DNA from: Bernardetiaceae bacterium
GTDB taxonomy: Bacteria > Bacteroidota > Bacteroidia > Cytophagales > Bernardetiaceae
Assembly (NCBI GenBank): GCA_036822015.1
Contig: DAISIL010000002.1
Span: forward strand, 75,268 to 116,592
DNA length: 41,325 nt
Direction: 5' to 3'
Under the pieces are notes generated by a model. That model ran no database searches. It was given only the letters and a program-made list of their open reading frames with translations, and was not told where the DNA came from. Below, one piece after another: positions 26,101 to 36,656 of this stretch. Position 1 is the stretch's first letter, and each line of letters begins with the position of its first letter. Position numbers and translations under genes: made by a program.

Positions 26101-29100
26101 CATCTCCTTGTAGATGCCTTTGGGGTTATCGGGATGGCGGACAATGTTATGGGGTTTGCCTACGGCTTCGGTGTTGGTGTAGCCGGAGACCTCCGTAAAC
26201 TTTTCGTTGGCAAAAGTGATCGTTCCGTAGATGTCCGTTTCAGTAACCAGAGCCACCTTGTCGATGATCTTCATTCGGGCTTCGAGTTCGCCTTGGAGGC
26301 GGCTGGCTTCGAGTTCAAATTGTTTTTGTTCGGTGATGTCGTTGCAGAGACAGGTAACGCGCTCGAGATGCCCCTGCTGATTGAGTATCGGGATATAACT
26401 AGCCCGTAGCCAAACTTCTTTTCCTGCTTTGGAGAGCCGCTTGGCATCTCGAACAAAAGAAACACCTCTGCCAATCTCGTCCCATAACTGATCGTATTTA
26501 CCCTCTCGGATTTGATCCTTAGCCACATAGAAGTCATGGGTTTTGCCCAGAACTTCGGTTTCGGTGTAGCCAAACAGCTCGGCAAAGTTGTCATTGATCG
26601 TGATGACGCGGCGTTGGGCATCGAAGTCAATACGTATCGTGGAGGTATTGATGGCCGAGACGTAATCATCGAGTTCTTTTTGCTGGGCTTTGATCTTCTC
26701 TCGGGCGGCTTTTTCTTCGGTAATATCGCGCATCGAGACCCGAATCAGGGTGCGTTCGTTCAGGTCAAAACTGATAAGGCTGATCTCGGCATCCCATAGC
26801 GTGCCGTCCGTTCGTAGGTGCTGCCACTCAAAGAGTGTACTGCCTTCGTCGATGGCGCGTTGGATGTGCCTCAGGGGGGTGGCTTCACTGTCGCTGCCGT
26901 CGGGTTGGGTAGTCGGGGAGAAGTCGATGGGTGTTTTGCCGATGATGTCTTGCTCTGTGGCCTTTTCTCCGCCAAAGAGTGCGATGGCAGCGGCATTGGC
27001 ACTGGTAAAACTCCCCCCTTCAAGGACGAGCAGCCCGTAGTTGGAGACCTCAAAGAGTTTGCGGTTGAAGGCAGCATTGGCTCGAATTTCGGCTTCGAGA
27101 CGTTGGCGTTCTTCGGCTTCCATGACGGAGGTGATGATCTCCGGTATGGCACGAAGAAACTTTTGGTCATCGCTTGTCCAGTGATAGGCTGTTGATCCTA
27201 CGTGTTCGATGCACAAAACACCCATGATCTCCCCTTTGAAGCGCACCGGCACATCGAGCAAAGATTGTATTTGATTCGGCTTAAAGTAGCCTTCGGTGAA
27301 CTCCCGCGTGTCGGGGTCTGTTTGTGCCTCTGATGCTACGATAAGCGTACCCCGCTTCAAGGCTGCAAAATAAGACGGGAAATCTTTTTGATGCAGCACC
27401 AAAGGGTCGTTGGAGAACTGCTGTTGGCTGCGTTGGTAGAGTTGCTGACACGTAATGAAACTTTGATCGGCGTTGTAGTGCCAAAAACTTGCCCGTTCGA
27501 CATGTACCCCTTCGGCAACCGACCTCAGGATTACCCGAATGGCTTCGTCTCGGTTACCTGCTTGAACATCTTTATTGATGGGCAGACGGTTTAGGATGTC
27601 ATTCTGCCGATTGAAGCGGATTTCGCGGGCTTTTTCTTCCGTGATGTCGCGGACGTTGGCGTAGATGAGTTCTTTTTCATAGACGGGAGCCGAGTTCCAT
27701 TGGAGCCACACATAACTACCGTCTTTTTTGCGGTAGCGGTTCTCGAAGGAGATAACCGTCGCCCCATCGGCGAGTTTGCCGGCCTCCTGGAGGGTAGCGG
27801 CTACGTCGTCTGGGTGAACAAATTCAATGAAGGGCTGGGCTTTGAGTTCGTCCTTGGTGTAGCCCAGGAGGTTCATCCAGTTTTGGTTCAAGAACTTGAA
27901 GTAGCCATCGAAGCCAGCAATACAGAGCAAGTCAATCGACTGGTCAAAGAAGGTGTTGAAGCGTTGCTCGCTTTCGCGGAGGGCATTTTCTTTGGCTTTG
28001 CGCTCGCTGATGTCTTCGCTGATATCGAGGTAGCCCAGAACTTCTCCAGCGGCATTGCGGACGGCGGTTACCGAAAGCACGATGGGGTATTTGCTGCCGT
28101 CTTTGCGGACGTAATGCCACTCGCGGATGTCTGGTTTTCCCGTCGTGCGGGTGCGATAAACAAAGGTCTCGAATCCAGGGCTTAGATCAAGTCCCATCTC
28201 CTGGTTGAGTTCGTGGGTACGGGCAACGACCTCCTCGGGGTCATGGATCAAGGCAGGCGTTTGCTTACCGATCATCTCCTCGGCGGTATAGCCCAGGTCG
28301 CGCTCGGCGGCTTCATTGAAAATGTTAATGACCCCATCGGCATCGGTAGAGACGACGGCAAAGCCCGCGCTTTCAAGGACGGCGCGTTGGTAAGCCGTTG
28401 CCTCCTCAAGGGCGATTTGTTTGTTGCGGATGTCGGTGATGTCGGAGTGAGAACCAGCCATGCGGTAGGGCTTGCCCGTCGGATCGAATAGGGCTTTGCC
28501 ACGCGCCCGAATCCAGCGGTAGCTGCCGTCCTGGTGTTGCATCCTGAACGAGACATCGTACTCGGGCAACTGTCCGGCAAGGTAGCCATTGAGGGCGTTT
28601 TCTACCTGGGGGAAGTCCTCTGGATGCACCAAAGCCTGAAACTGCGCGAAGTTATCTGCAATATCTTGCGGGGCATAGCCCAACATGGCTTTCCAGCGAT
28701 CGGAGAAGAAAATATCGTTCGTGCGCATGTTCCAATCCCATACGCCGTCGTTGCTGCCCTGCAAGGCTAGGTTGAAGCGTTCTTCGCTTTCTGCTACGCG
28801 GTTCTGGATCCGGCGGCGTGTACTCACATCCCGCAGGAAGCCCACAAACTCCGTGATGCCATCCTGCTGACGCACAACCCTGGATTGTACCCGAATCCAT
28901 TTTTCGGTTTGTGTTTGGGCGGTCTTTATCCTGAACTCTACGTCGTAAAGTGCCTTGGTTTGGATCGAATGTGTGATCCGCTCCTGGATCAAGGGTAGGT
29001 CTTCGGGATAAACCAAGCCAAACATGGTGTTGGCATCTTGGAGGGCGGCTTCGGGTTCGACTTCATAGACCTCCCGTACCTGCTCGCTGATGAACGTAAT

Positions 29101-30408
29101 CCGTGAAGTTCCTTCGTCGGATACTTCAAAGCGATAGATGATCCCGGGAACGGTAGCGATCAACTCCTGGCTATCTTGCTGCTGGGCTTTGAGCGCCTGC
29201 TGGGCTTGGATGCGCGGCGTAACATCTCGGATGATACCGTAAGACTCGTACTCCTCCGATGCCTGATCGACGCTGGAGTCTAGCTTGACCCAGATCACAT
29301 CGCCGTTTTTCTTCGTGATCCGAAACTCCATCGCTACGCCACTTCGTTGGGCGATGGATTGGCGCATTTTGGCTTCAAAATCAGATTTGTCATCCTGATA
29401 AATCAAGCTCCAGTACATCTCGGGGTTGGTCATCACCTCTGCGGGTGTATAGCCAAACACCTGCTCAGCATAGGGGCTTAGATAGGTGAAATAGGGCAGC
29501 CCTTGGGCGTTGAGCTTGGCTCGGTAGATCACCCCCGGGACGGTATCCAGGACGCGCTGGAAGGCTGCCTCGTTGGTTTCGGCTTTGAGTTGGGCGGTTT
29601 TGCGGATCGTTACGTCCCTAAAAATTCCGACAAACTCTACCTCATCGGCGTTTACGTATTCGACCCGTGATTGGGCGCGTATCCAACGAATTTTGTCTTT
29701 GACAAAGATGCGGTACTCATAATCGAAGAAGCCTTGCTTGGCTACGGCCTCTGTGATAGCTGCCTGTACGCCGGGTAGGTCGTCGGGATGAATCACCGCC
29801 AGCACTTTGGAGAAATCCTGTAGGGCTTCCTCGGCTGGAACGCCGTAAATATCTGCCATCTGCGGGCTAAGGTAGCGAAAGAGATACTCGCTCGTGTGCC
29901 GGGCCACGAAGCGATACAAGACCCCTGGCACGGTATGGATGAGGGTCTTTTGGTTTTCGATCTCTTCCTGGCTGTCCGACGAGATGCTGGGCTGGTCTTG
30001 GAGGGGCTGGATCAGTTGGAGGATTTTGTAGGGGCGATCCGAGGCATCCAGCAGAGGGGTATAGGCGATCTGGGCCGTGATGGTGCGTCCTTCTTTGTCG
30101 ATCAACTCAAAGTTTCCCGAAAAGGGTTTTCCGCCTCGGAGCGATTCCCACACGTTGGCGTGTCGTCCGTTTTGGCGGAAGGCTTCGGTGTGTAGGGCGC
30201 GTTCGGACTTGCCTTTGAGTTCGTCGGCGGTAAATCCCAGCCAACGGACAAAAGGGGCGTTGGCGGTCAGGATTTGTCCTTGCATATCTAGCTCGAGGCT
30301 AGGCACAAGGGCGTGCAAGGCGGCTTTGAGCTGCTGGCATTCGTTGCCGGTGGCGTGGCTCTCCTGCGGGATCAGACTATCTTTGTTGAGGTTGTCTCCA
30401 AGTGCCAT
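23104..30408 (-). CDS. giant (2434 aa) cytoplasmic methyl-accepting chemotaxis protein: about 14 PAS/PAC domains plus one GAF, HAMP-like linkers and a C-terminal MCP signalling domain; no TM segment
   Basis: C-terminal [37 protein letters not shown] signature. Many repeats of the PAS pattern (...[39 protein letters not shown]...). GAF block at [16 protein letters not shown]...GVLCIEHVG. No hydrophobic helix at the N-terminus. Confidence 0.9.
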   Translation of the reverse strand: MALGDNLNKDSLIPQESHATGNECQQLKAALHALVPSLELDMQGQILTANAPFVRWLGFTADELKGKSERALHTEAFRQNGRHANVWESLRGGKPFSGNFELIDKEGRTITAQIAYTPLLDASDRPYKILQLIQPLQDQPSISSDSQEEIENQKTLIHTVPGVLYRFVARHTSEYLFRYLSPQMADIYGVPAEEALQDFSKVLAVIHPDDLPGVQAAITEAVAKQGFFDYEYRIFVKDKIRWIRAQSRVEYVNADEVEFVGIFRDVTIRKTAQLKAETNEAAFQRVLDTVPGVIYRAKLNAQGLPYFTYLSPYAEQVFGYTPAEVMTNPEMYWSLIYQDDKSDFEAKMRQSIAQRSGVAMEFRITKKNGDVIWVKLDSSVDQASEEYESYGIIRDVTPRIQAQQALKAQQQDSQELIATVPGIIYRFEVSDEGTSRITFISEQVREVYEVEPEAALQDANTMFGLVYPEDLPLIQERITHSIQTKALYDVEFRIKTAQTQTEKWIRVQSRVVRQQDGITEFVGFLRDVSTRRRIQNRVAESEERFNLALQGSNDGVWDWNMRTNDIFFSDRWKAMLGYAPQDIADNFAQFQALVHPEDFPQVENALNGYLAGQLPEYDVSFRMQHQDGSYRWIRARGKALFDPTGKPYRMAGSHSDITDIRNKQIALEEATAYQRAVLESAGFAVVSTDADGVINIFNEAAERDLGYTAEEMIGKQTPALIHDPEEVVARTHELNQEMGLDLSPGFETFVYRTRTTGKPDIREWHYVRKDGSKYPIVLSVTAVRNAAGEVLGYLDISEDISERKAKENALRESEQRFNTFFDQSIDLLCIAGFDGYFKFLNQNWMNLLGYTKDELKAQPFIEFVHPDDVAATLQEAGKLADGATVISFENRYRKKDGSYVWLQWNSAPVYEKELIYANVRDITEEKAREIRFNRQNDILNRLPINKDVQAGNRDEAIRVILRSVAEGVHVERASFWHYNADQSFITCQQLYQRSQQQFSNDPLVLHQKDFPSYFAALKRGTLIVASEAQTDPDTREFTEGYFKPNQIQSLLDVPVRFKGEIMGVLCIEHVGSTAYHWTSDDQKFLRAIPEIITSVMEAEERQRLEAEIRANAAFNRKLFEVSNYGLLVLEGGSFTSANAAAIALFGGEKATEQDIIGKTPIDFSPTTQPDGSDSEATPLRHIQRAIDEGSTLFEWQHLRTDGTLWDAEISLISFDLNERTLIRVSMRDITEEKAAREKIKAQQKELDDYVSAINTSTIRIDFDAQRRVITINDNFAELFGYTETEVLGKTHDFYVAKDQIREGKYDQLWDEIGRGVSFVRDAKRLSKAGKEVWLRASYIPILNQQGHLERVTCLCNDITEQKQFELEASRLQGELEARMKIIDKVALVTETDIYGTITFANEKFTEVSGYTNTEAVGKPHNIVRHPDNPKGIYKEMWDTIKAGKLFQKTIRNRRKDGTDYWVDASIAPILNEKGEIVKYLGFRIDITAQKQRELELQRLQNELEVRLKVISKVALLSESDLQGRITYANDKFCEVAQYTEAELIGKPHSIIRHPETPKTIFKEMWETIQAGNIFQGTYRNRAKDGRTYWVDATIAPVRDENGDIYKYLGFRIDITDRIEQTARIEAQNFAIGKSNGTIELSPEGQILDANKTYLDFVGYTRDELIGKHHSFLCKPEEVASPSYKEMWQTLREGKTLFGDYRRITKDKREVFIQESFSPIYDQSGNLSSILTLAVDVTQRKRRNAENRGKLEGINSTNIVIEYDFEGRLLTANENFLQTSGYTLEEVIGKPHSFFCDQNHINSSTYQDLWKKLRQGEAVFDTYPRIGKAGQRIWLEGSYTPITDDDGRLLKIVKFAQDATERRTRNAENRGKLQGINRTNLVVEFDREGVVISANNRFLEAMGYQREEFIGKAHAMFCDEVYRNSREYREFWDDLRSGKALFGTYPRLNKAGKRIWLEGNYTPITDGEGNFLKVVKYARNVTDLRQSSMALSNFVDALSQGNFDAEIQLEGVSIEGDIGKMIGNAINLRDNLRSIITEIKRVVEAAGKEGKLDERLNIEGARGSWKLLADSVNELLRSISEPILDIKRVIQSLSEGDLTTSFNYAATGQLQAMGQAMNNAIQSLNVILKDLESSAVTLGQSSHLLEQRFEGMEKDAQSVVKTIVNINDGMHQQVQQTDQATQLVEKVIKSADETGQQAGIIRGAAEKGMQRCDDGMKIIRQLVQEMSQIDLTANRTSSSISTLSDRSDEISRALSVITDIAAQTNLLALNAAIEAARAGDAGRGFAVVAEEIRKLAEDSRRSATDIERVIKDVSKDINTAADSINRMKNSVENGNRATKEAREVFENISDSSRETLDLSRSVSEATSGQKEIITQVASNIQRIVQVSHQTAKGTEDATKSSETLQSSVDEVATVSKELAKLSGTLKTGVSRFKLV
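24440..25200. repeat. tandem duplication, 2 x about 366 bp, inside the MCP gene (two adjacent near-identical PAS domains with an RR(T/K)RNAENRGKL linker)
   Basis: ttgcctcggttttcggcgtt recurs at about 24797 and about 25163. aacttgac...ccgtgatgggggtgtag...cgagccagatgcg recurs at about 24484 and about 24850. Confidence 0.7.
25566..26340. repeat. tandem duplication, 2 x about 383 bp, inside the MCP gene (two adjacent PAS domains, about 75% nt identity)
   Basis: gtgatgtcgat(g/a)cggaagcc(g/c)agatacttg occurs at 25566 and 25949, with colinear similarity through ...gcatcgaccca...tcccacatctc...gggatggcgga... A third partial start is at 26333. Confidence 0.75.
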
Positions 30409-30470
30409 AGTGCTTGTGGGTTATTTCTTTTATTGTTTTTGTTTAGGTCTGCAATTTCTTTGCCGTTCCA

Positions 30471-31229
30471 TCAAAAGATGGTTAAAGTCATCACCTCCAT
30501 TGCCAGGACGTGATACGCCTTCGCGCTTGGGCTTTCGGGGCTGTATGCCAGGATACTTTTCCCGAAAGAAGGAGCCTCGATGGCGCAAGCATCATCGGGG
30601 ATGTAGGTTTTGAGCAAGCGGATGCCCAAATGCTGTTGTAGGTAGGCATACACTTCATGGCTCACTTGCTTCTCGGGGCGTACCATGACGGGCAAGACCC
30701 CGATTGTTTTTAAGGTAGGATTAAGGCTACCCCGCACGCGATCCATCGTTCGGATCACCAGGCCTAGGCCCTGGACACTCAAAACCTCGAGGAGCATCGG
30801 GATCAAGGTGTATTGAGCCGCTACCAGGGCATTGACCGTCAGGACGGACAAGGCCGGGGAGCTATCAATCAGCACAAAATCGTAGTCCGAGGCTTGCTCG
30901 GCGATGATTTCCTTTAAGATGTACTCCCTGCGGGCGTTTCCGGTCAGGGTGAGTTCGGTGTCGGCTAGTTCTACGCCGGTGGGGGCGATGTCCATGTTTT
31001 CCTGGCGTAAGATCACGTTAGATAGAGAACGTTCTCCTTTGAGCACCTCCGAAAGCGTATGCGGGTAGTTGGTCAGTCCAAGGTAATAGGTCAGGCTTCC
31101 CTGGGTGTCCAGGTCGATGAGCAAGACGCGCTTCCCCATCTGTGCTAAGGCACTGCCCAGGTTTACGGCTGTGGTTGTTTTGCCGGTGCCGCCTTTTTGG
31201 TTTACGATGGCAATAGTGATAGGAGCCAA
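30471..31229 (-). CDS. ParA/MinD-family P-loop ATPase (PpfA/ParC-like, first gene of the chemosensory operon)
   Basis: Deviant Walker A IVNQKGGTGKTTTAVNL; 252 aa; 62 bp upstream of the giant MCP. Confidence 0.85.
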   Translation of the reverse strand: MAPITIAIVNQKGGTGKTTTAVNLGSALAQMGKRVLLIDLDTQGSLTYYLGLTNYPHTLSEVLKGERSLSNVILRQENMDIAPTGVELADTELTLTGNARREYILKEIIAEQASDYDFVLIDSSPALSVLTVNALVAAQYTLIPMLLEVLSVQGLGLVIRTMDRVRGSLNPTLKTIGVLPVMVRPEKQVSHEVYAYLQQHLGIRLLKTYIPDDACAIEAPSFGKSILAYSPESPSAKAYHVLAMEVMTLTIF

Positions 31230-31312
31230 TAGTTAAATAAACTTTGCTTGTAAATTAGGAAAAAAGTATGAATGATTGGTCATCATAGAAGGCTTACGTA
31301 ATTTTTTTTTGT

Positions 31313-33505
31313 TTATTCTTTGTTTTCAGGGCTTATCCGTACACCGATCACCAAAATATCGTCGATTTGTTTGTGGCTATTGCCCATCCACTCGCCAATG
31401 CGCTGATCCAGGGCTAGCTCCTGATTATCCATATCGCGCGCTGCGATTTCTAGGAGCAGTTGCCTAAAGCGTCGGCTCATAAATTTTGCGCCCTTAGGGC
31501 CACCAAACTGATCCTGGTAGCCATCCGAAAAGAGATAAAACATCGTCTCTTCCCGAATGGAGATACAGTGCTGCCGAAACGGTGGGCTTTGGTCGCTTTG
31601 TACACCCCCGATGGCTCGGCGTTCTCCCTTGATATAGAAGAGTTCACCTCCCTGCACATAGACCAGTGGGTTGTGTGCGCCGGCAAAACAGAGCTGTTGC
31701 TGCGCGTAGTCGATGGTACAGAGGGCGACATCCATGCCGTCGCGGTTGCGGGTCGTGGACTGGCGTAGGGCGCGCCGGATGCCCTGGTTGAGTTCTTCGA
31801 GGATTTGTTGGGGTTCGGTGATGTCGCGGCGATAGACGATTTCGTTCAGGAGATCATTGCCGATCATGCTCATCAGTGCGCCCGGGATGCCGTGTCCGGT
31901 GCAATCGACGACGGCCAGAATTTGTCGGTTGTTTTGTACACCAAACCAATAAAAATCACCCGAGACGATGTCTTTGGGGACGTAGTAAATAAAAAATTCG
32001 GAGAGATGCTTTTTGATCTGTTTCTTTTGGGGCAGTAGCGCCAACTGAATCCTTCGGGCATAGGTCATGCTGGATAGGATTTCGTTGTTGGTCTGCTGGA
32101 GTTTTTCTTTTTCGGCTTGCAGCTCTCGGGTGCGTTCTTGCACCTGGCGTTCGAGTTTTTGTTGGAGGGCGCGTTCTTGTTCGAGTAGTTTGCGCTCCAT
32201 GGCCTTGGTTTCGGTTACGTCTTGTCCCGTCCCAAAAATCTTGATGGGCTTTCCTCCCTTGTCCTTCAAGACGGTTCCGCGTGAGTGGAGGATGCGTATT
32301 TGTCCGTCTTGCCGTACGATGCGCTGAAAGAAGTCAAAGGCATCGCCTTTCTCGATTGCCTGCCGGATGGTACTCCTAACGCGGTCGCGGTCTTCGGGAT
32401 GCACCCGCTTGAAGGAGTTGTGGTAGGCGGGGAGGTACTCTTTGGGGTCGTAGCCATAGAGGCGGTAGAGTTCATCCGACCAGGTAACGGTGTTATTGAC
32501 CATATCCCACTCCCAACTGCCCATACGGGCCAGGCGTTGGGCTTCGGCTAGCTTTTGTCGGCTGGCTTCGAGTTCGGCTTCGGCTTTTTTGCGTTCGGTG
32601 ATGTCTTGTACCTGCACAATGACCATGGGTTGGGAGCGTTGTAGCACCCTCGAGAAGTTCACTTGGCACCAGCAGACCTCCCCCGATTTGTGCAGCAGTC
32701 GCCACTCAACGGGATGGGTGGGTAGCCCGCCGCTTGTGGGGTAGTCTTCGGGAAAAACCAACTGCTCAAATTGGTTGTAGCGCAACTCTACCTTTGCGTA
32801 GCCCAAAATCTGGGTGATGGCACTATTGACCCGCTCAATGCGTCCGTTTTCTTCCCAAAAAATAATCATCCCACTAGGCGAGCTTTCGATGATATGCACC
32901 AGGTCTTGGCGGCTCTCGTTGATGAGTTGTACATCCAACTGCGACTGTCGCTCTTTGAGCAACCCGTACAGGTGCGACCCAATGGCACGTCCCATGCGCC
33001 CAAGCAACTCGAGATCGCGTTTGGCAATCTCCCTCGAGCAGAGGATTTCTAGGATGCCGTGGATTTGTCCGTTGTAGGTCAGGGGAGTACTGACCAAAGA
33101 AAGTTGCTGCGTGGGGTCTTCGGGTGGGGTGTAGCCCGGGAAAGACCCAATAATAACTGCGGCATCGTTGGTGTGAAAAGGCAGGAGGTGTTCCTTTTGG
33201 TAGCGCATCACGGCCCGATTGCGGTAGCTGCGATAGGGCATCCACTCCTCCACGGCTTCGGTGTGATAGGCAAAGGGTTCAAACGAACTGTGTTCGGCGT
33301 GGTAGCCGTAGATGACCCCCTGGGCAAAGTCCATCAGTTCGGCGACCACCGCCAAAACACCCGCTCCCCAGCCCTCCGTGGTATCGGTTTCCTTCCAATG
33401 GAGGGCAGACTGGAGTTGTGTGATGGCAGCGTCAATGGCTTGCTTCTCCAAAAAGGCTTTCTTGTATAGGCGCAAGTCGTCTATCGGCTCATCGGGTAAT
33501 TGCAT
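31313..33505 (-). CDS. GAF-PAS-PAS sensor fused to a PP2C/SpoIIE-family Ser/Thr phosphatase
   Basis: N-terminal GAF, two PAS domains (…ITERKKAEAELE…, …VTETKAMERKL…), a coiled coil, and a PP2C domain with VSGDFYWF, VDCTGHGIPGALM, DGMDVALC and DDILVIGVR. The phosphatase core is about 75% nt-identical to that of the 6654..8174 gene. Confidence 0.85.
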   Translation of the reverse strand: MQLPDEPIDDLRLYKKAFLEKQAIDAAITQLQSALHWKETDTTEGWGAGVLAVVAELMDFAQGVIYGYHAEHSSFEPFAYHTEAVEEWMPYRSYRNRAVMRYQKEHLLPFHTNDAAVIIGSFPGYTPPEDPTQQLSLVSTPLTYNGQIHGILEILCSREIAKRDLELLGRMGRAIGSHLYGLLKERQSQLDVQLINESRQDLVHIIESSPSGMIIFWEENGRIERVNSAITQILGYAKVELRYNQFEQLVFPEDYPTSGGLPTHPVEWRLLHKSGEVCWCQVNFSRVLQRSQPMVIVQVQDITERKKAEAELEASRQKLAEAQRLARMGSWEWDMVNNTVTWSDELYRLYGYDPKEYLPAYHNSFKRVHPEDRDRVRSTIRQAIEKGDAFDFFQRIVRQDGQIRILHSRGTVLKDKGGKPIKIFGTGQDVTETKAMERKLLEQERALQQKLERQVQERTRELQAEKEKLQQTNNEILSSMTYARRIQLALLPQKKQIKKHLSEFFIYYVPKDIVSGDFYWFGVQNNRQILAVVDCTGHGIPGALMSMIGNDLLNEIVYRRDITEPQQILEELNQGIRRALRQSTTRNRDGMDVALCTIDYAQQQLCFAGAHNPLVYVQGGELFYIKGERRAIGGVQSDQSPPFRQHCISIREETMFYLFSDGYQDQFGGPKGAKFMSRRFRQLLLEIAARDMDNQELALDQRIGEWMGNSHKQIDDILVIGVRISPENKE

Positions 33506-33616
33506 GGAGCTTGGGTGGTCATATCCTAAAAGGAGTAGGTAATCAATAATTTGACCAAATTTTATGCAAGAAAGTTAAGGAAAATAATGAAACCATCCGC
33601 TTGAATGTCAGAAAAT

Positions 33617-35158
33617 CTAGCGTTTTTGAGAAATGCGGGTCAGGGTCGGCATCAAGTAGGCGCATCCGACCTGCCAGGTCAAGGGTTGGTAGTTGCCGTT
33701 GGGGGAGCTAATCTGGGAGAGACCGCCGATCAGTTTCCAGTCGTTGTAGGCGTAGGCCAGGCTCAGTCCGTACTCGAGGTGTATGCCCGATCCGCGATCA
33801 ATACCCCCACCGCCGCCGGCCCCGAGGTAGAGCGGGAGGGAGATTTCGAGGGTGCGCTGGCGCAATACCTGTTTGTGTAGCCCCAGCCCGAGTAGCCCTT
33901 CGGCATAAGCACCGTAGTCGCCGCCGAGGTAAGCCCAGCGGGTCTGTCCTGCCAGGCTCAACCAGGAGCGAAGGTAGCGACGTGCGCCCATGACGAGTAG
34001 CCCCATGTCGCGGTAGGGGAGTTGGTTTTTGTCGGTGATGCCCTGCGGGGCCAGGTACTGCTGATGCCCAAAGTAGATTTCGGTTTGTCCGCTTTTGAGG
34101 CTATCCGAAGGGATAAGTAAGGTAGGTTTTGCCTTTACGGCTAGGTAGTTGAAGGAGCGCATCCCGAAGCCTACTTCAAAGTGCCTGGCCGAGAGTTTTC
34201 CGTCAGGGGCAAATGTTTCTCCGGCTGAGGCTCTCAAAAAGTAGCCCTGCCAGAGGTTTAAGTTGAGGGCTAACTCGGCTTGTAGGGTTAGTCCGCCGCC
34301 TGTCAGGACGGCCCCGCCGCCGCTGTTGCCGGCCAGCCCGCGCAGCTCGGCCGAAAGCCGGTTTTGGCTGTTGGTTGTCAGTCCGGCTCCCAGGAGATAG
34401 CTCATGTAGCCGTCGATGCCGCCGAGGCCGGCACCGTATAGCTCAAGGGTAGCGTAGAGGTGCTTGGCCAAAAAATAATCATACTGAATCCCGAGCAGCC
34501 CCACGAGCTGATCGTAGTCGTAGTCGGGGCGAACGACGGATCCCTCCCGCAGGTGGTAGTTGAGGAAGCTCACCGCTAGGCGGTGTTGAGCTGGTGCTGG
34601 GGTGTGCCAGGTCGTCGATTTGGTAGGAGCATACAAAAATCGGGTATTGAGGCTAAGCCCGAGGGCAGCGTATGTCCCCGAAAGACTGCCTGTCAGGAAG
34701 TTGTGATGAACAATTTCGCCGCGTATGCCAGCCTGCCCCACCCGATACTCGAGGGCTACATGGGGGCGTACCGCGATGCCGTCGCCATCAGGGGCAGCCG
34801 CGCCACCGCCACCCCCCAAAAAAAAGCCGACATCCAGCAGCCACTTCGGATGCAAAAACGGCGCGTAGCCCACCTGCCCCCCAAAAGTAAACAACCCACC
34901 AAACTGCCCTACCGTCGCCGAGTAAGACCCCAGCCCGAGGTACAAACGCGGCAGGGCCGGCACCAGCCCAAAGGCATCCACGCCAATACCGACTAAGCCC
35001 ATATCCGCAAAGTCGCGGAGTGGCATCTGTTCGTAAGACAAACGCACCCGCAGGTCTTTGAATGGCAGTTGCTCTCCCTGAGATTGGGCATAACCCCAGC
35101 TGCTCATCCCCAGCCAAATCAAGCACGCAGATAGGGTTCGCAAAAGTGGTATCGGCAT
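33617..35158 (-). CDS. putative outer-membrane beta-barrel protein (Gly/Tyr-rich, signal peptide)
   Basis: Start moved to MPIPLLRTLSACLIWLGMSSWGYAQ (ATG 35158..35156). It shows the alternating amphipathic pattern typical of porin-like beta-barrels and a Gly-rich loop. Confidence 0.45.
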   Translation of the reverse strand: MPIPLLRTLSACLIWLGMSSWGYAQSQGEQLPFKDLRVRLSYEQMPLRDFADMGLVGIGVDAFGLVPALPRLYLGLGSYSATVGQFGGLFTFGGQVGYAPFLHPKWLLDVGFFLGGGGGAAAPDGDGIAVRPHVALEYRVGQAGIRGEIVHHNFLTGSLSGTYAALGLSLNTRFLYAPTKSTTWHTPAPAQHRLAVSFLNYHLREGSVVRPDYDYDQLVGLLGIQYDYFLAKHLYATLELYGAGLGGIDGYMSYLLGAGLTTNSQNRLSAELRGLAGNSGGGAVLTGGGLTLQAELALNLNLWQGYFLRASAGETFAPDGKLSARHFEVGFGMRSFNYLAVKAKPTLLIPSDSLKSGQTEIYFGHQQYLAPQGITDKNQLPYRDMGLLVMGARRYLRSWLSLAGQTRWAYLGGDYGAYAEGLLGLGLHKQVLRQRTLEISLPLYLGAGGGGGIDRGSGIHLEYGLSLAYAYNDWKLIGGLSQISSPNGNYQPLTWQVGCAYLMPTLTRISQKR

Positions 35159-35258
35159 CGTTTTTACTTTTTTTGATCGAAAGAAAACCAAAGATACAGC
35201 AGCAGGGCAAGGATAAAAAATAAATCATCCAAACGAACCATCCCTCCCTGGAGTTGTT

Positions 35259-36641
35259 TTGGAGATCACGCATCGACCCAAAAACAAGGTGGAACATCCC
35301 ATTGTTGCCCTGGCAACACCTCCAGGTACATCGGCTATCGCGGTTTTGCGCCTGAGCGGCAAAAATTGTATCGCGCTCTTCAACCAGGTCTTTCGGGGCA
35401 AAGACCTCACCCAGGTACCCAGCCATACGGCGCATCTGGGAACGATTCACGATGGAGAACGGATCATTGATGAAGTACTGGTAACGGTCTTTCGGGCCCC
35501 GCGTTCGTTCACCAAAGAAGACAGCCTTGAGGTCTCGACGCATGGCTCCCCTTATATTGTCCAGGAAACGATACAACTGCTTGTTCGTCAGGGGATTACT
35601 TATGCCAAAGCTGGTGAGTTCACGCAGCGGGCCTTCCTGAACGGTCGCTTTGATTTAGCGCAAGCCGAAGCCGTCGCTGATTTGATTGCCTCCGAGTCGG
35701 CGGCCGAACACGCCATCGCCCTCCGTCAGATGCGTGGCGGCTTCTCGGAGCAGCTCCAGACCCTACGGCAGGATTTGCTCGACTTTTGCGCCCTGATCGA
35801 ACTCGAGTTGGACTTCGGAGAGGAGGATGTGCAGTTTGCTAACCGCGATGAGCTACGCCGACGTATCGGGGATGCCCAGCGGTTTGTGGCCAAGCTCCTG
35901 GATTCTTTCGCCTGGGGAAATGCCATCAAGACAGGTGTCCCGACCGTGATCGTGGGCAAGCCCAACGCCGGAAAATCAACCCTCCTCAATGCCCTGCTCA
36001 ATGAAGAAAAAGCCATCGTCTCCGACATCCCCGGCACCACCCGCGATGTCATCGAAGACCAGCTCACCATCGGGGGTATCCGTTTTCGCTTCATGGATAC
36101 GGCAGGTCTCCGAGAGACCAAAGACCGTATCGAACAAATCGGTGTAGCTCGCACTCAAGCCCAGATGAAGAAAGCCGCACTTATTCTCTATCTTTTTGAT
36201 GCCCAAACATTTACTGCTATCGATGCCAAACAGGTCGTTCAAGAACTCCAGGCACTGGATGTTCCTTTTTTGATGATCGCCAACCAGATCGACCGCACGG
36301 CCCATCAAGTACCCGAAGCCCTTCGTGCCTTCGTGGATATAGGGATTTCGGCTTTGCAGCGTCGGCATTTGGAGGAGCTACAAGCCCTTCTTCTGCGCAC
36401 GGTAGCCAGGGGCGATGCTGGCAGCCAGGAACCCATCACGAACCTCCGCCACTACGAGGCTTTGCAGTCTGCTCTGGCGGCCCTGCAAGCCGTTGATCGT
36501 GGGCTAGATCGGGGAGATACGAGCGACTTCCTTGCCCTGGATCTGCGGGATGCCCTCTATCATCTCGGCGTTATCACAGGCCAGGTTACCAATGACGAAG
36601 TGCTGGGGTCTATCTTCTCGAAATTCTGTATCGGCAAGTAA
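35259..36641 (+). CDS. mnmE: tRNA uridine-5-carboxymethylaminomethyl modification GTPase MnmE (TrmE)
   Basis: IVALATPPGTSAIAVLRLSG N-terminal domain, G-domain GKPNAGKSTLLNAL and DTAG motifs, and the C-terminal CIGK tetrapeptide. TTG start inferred at 35259, which is uncertain. Confidence 0.88.
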   Translation: MEITHRPKNKVEHPIVALATPPGTSAIAVLRLSGKNCIALFNQVFRGKDLTQVPSHTAHLGTIHDGERIIDEVLVTVFRAPRSFTKEDSLEVSTHGSPYIVQETIQLLVRQGITYAKAGEFTQRAFLNGRFDLAQAEAVADLIASESAAEHAIALRQMRGGFSEQLQTLRQDLLDFCALIELELDFGEEDVQFANRDELRRRIGDAQRFVAKLLDSFAWGNAIKTGVPTVIVGKPNAGKSTLLNALLNEEKAIVSDIPGTTRDVIEDQLTIGGIRFRFMDTAGLRETKDRIEQIGVARTQAQMKKAALILYLFDAQTFTAIDAKQVVQELQALDVPFLMIANQIDRTAHQVPEALRAFVDIGISALQRRHLEELQALLLRTVARGDAGSQEPITNLRHYEALQSALAALQAVDRGLDRGDTSDFLALDLRDALYHLGVITGQVTNDEVLGSIFSKFCIGK

Positions 36642-36656
36642 ATCAATAACTTACGC

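Noticed and set aside
33059-33469. 136-aa plus-strand ORF and neighbours antisense to the GAF-PAS-PP2C gene
   Set aside because: They are entirely contained within a well-supported minus-strand CDS and show no independent signals.
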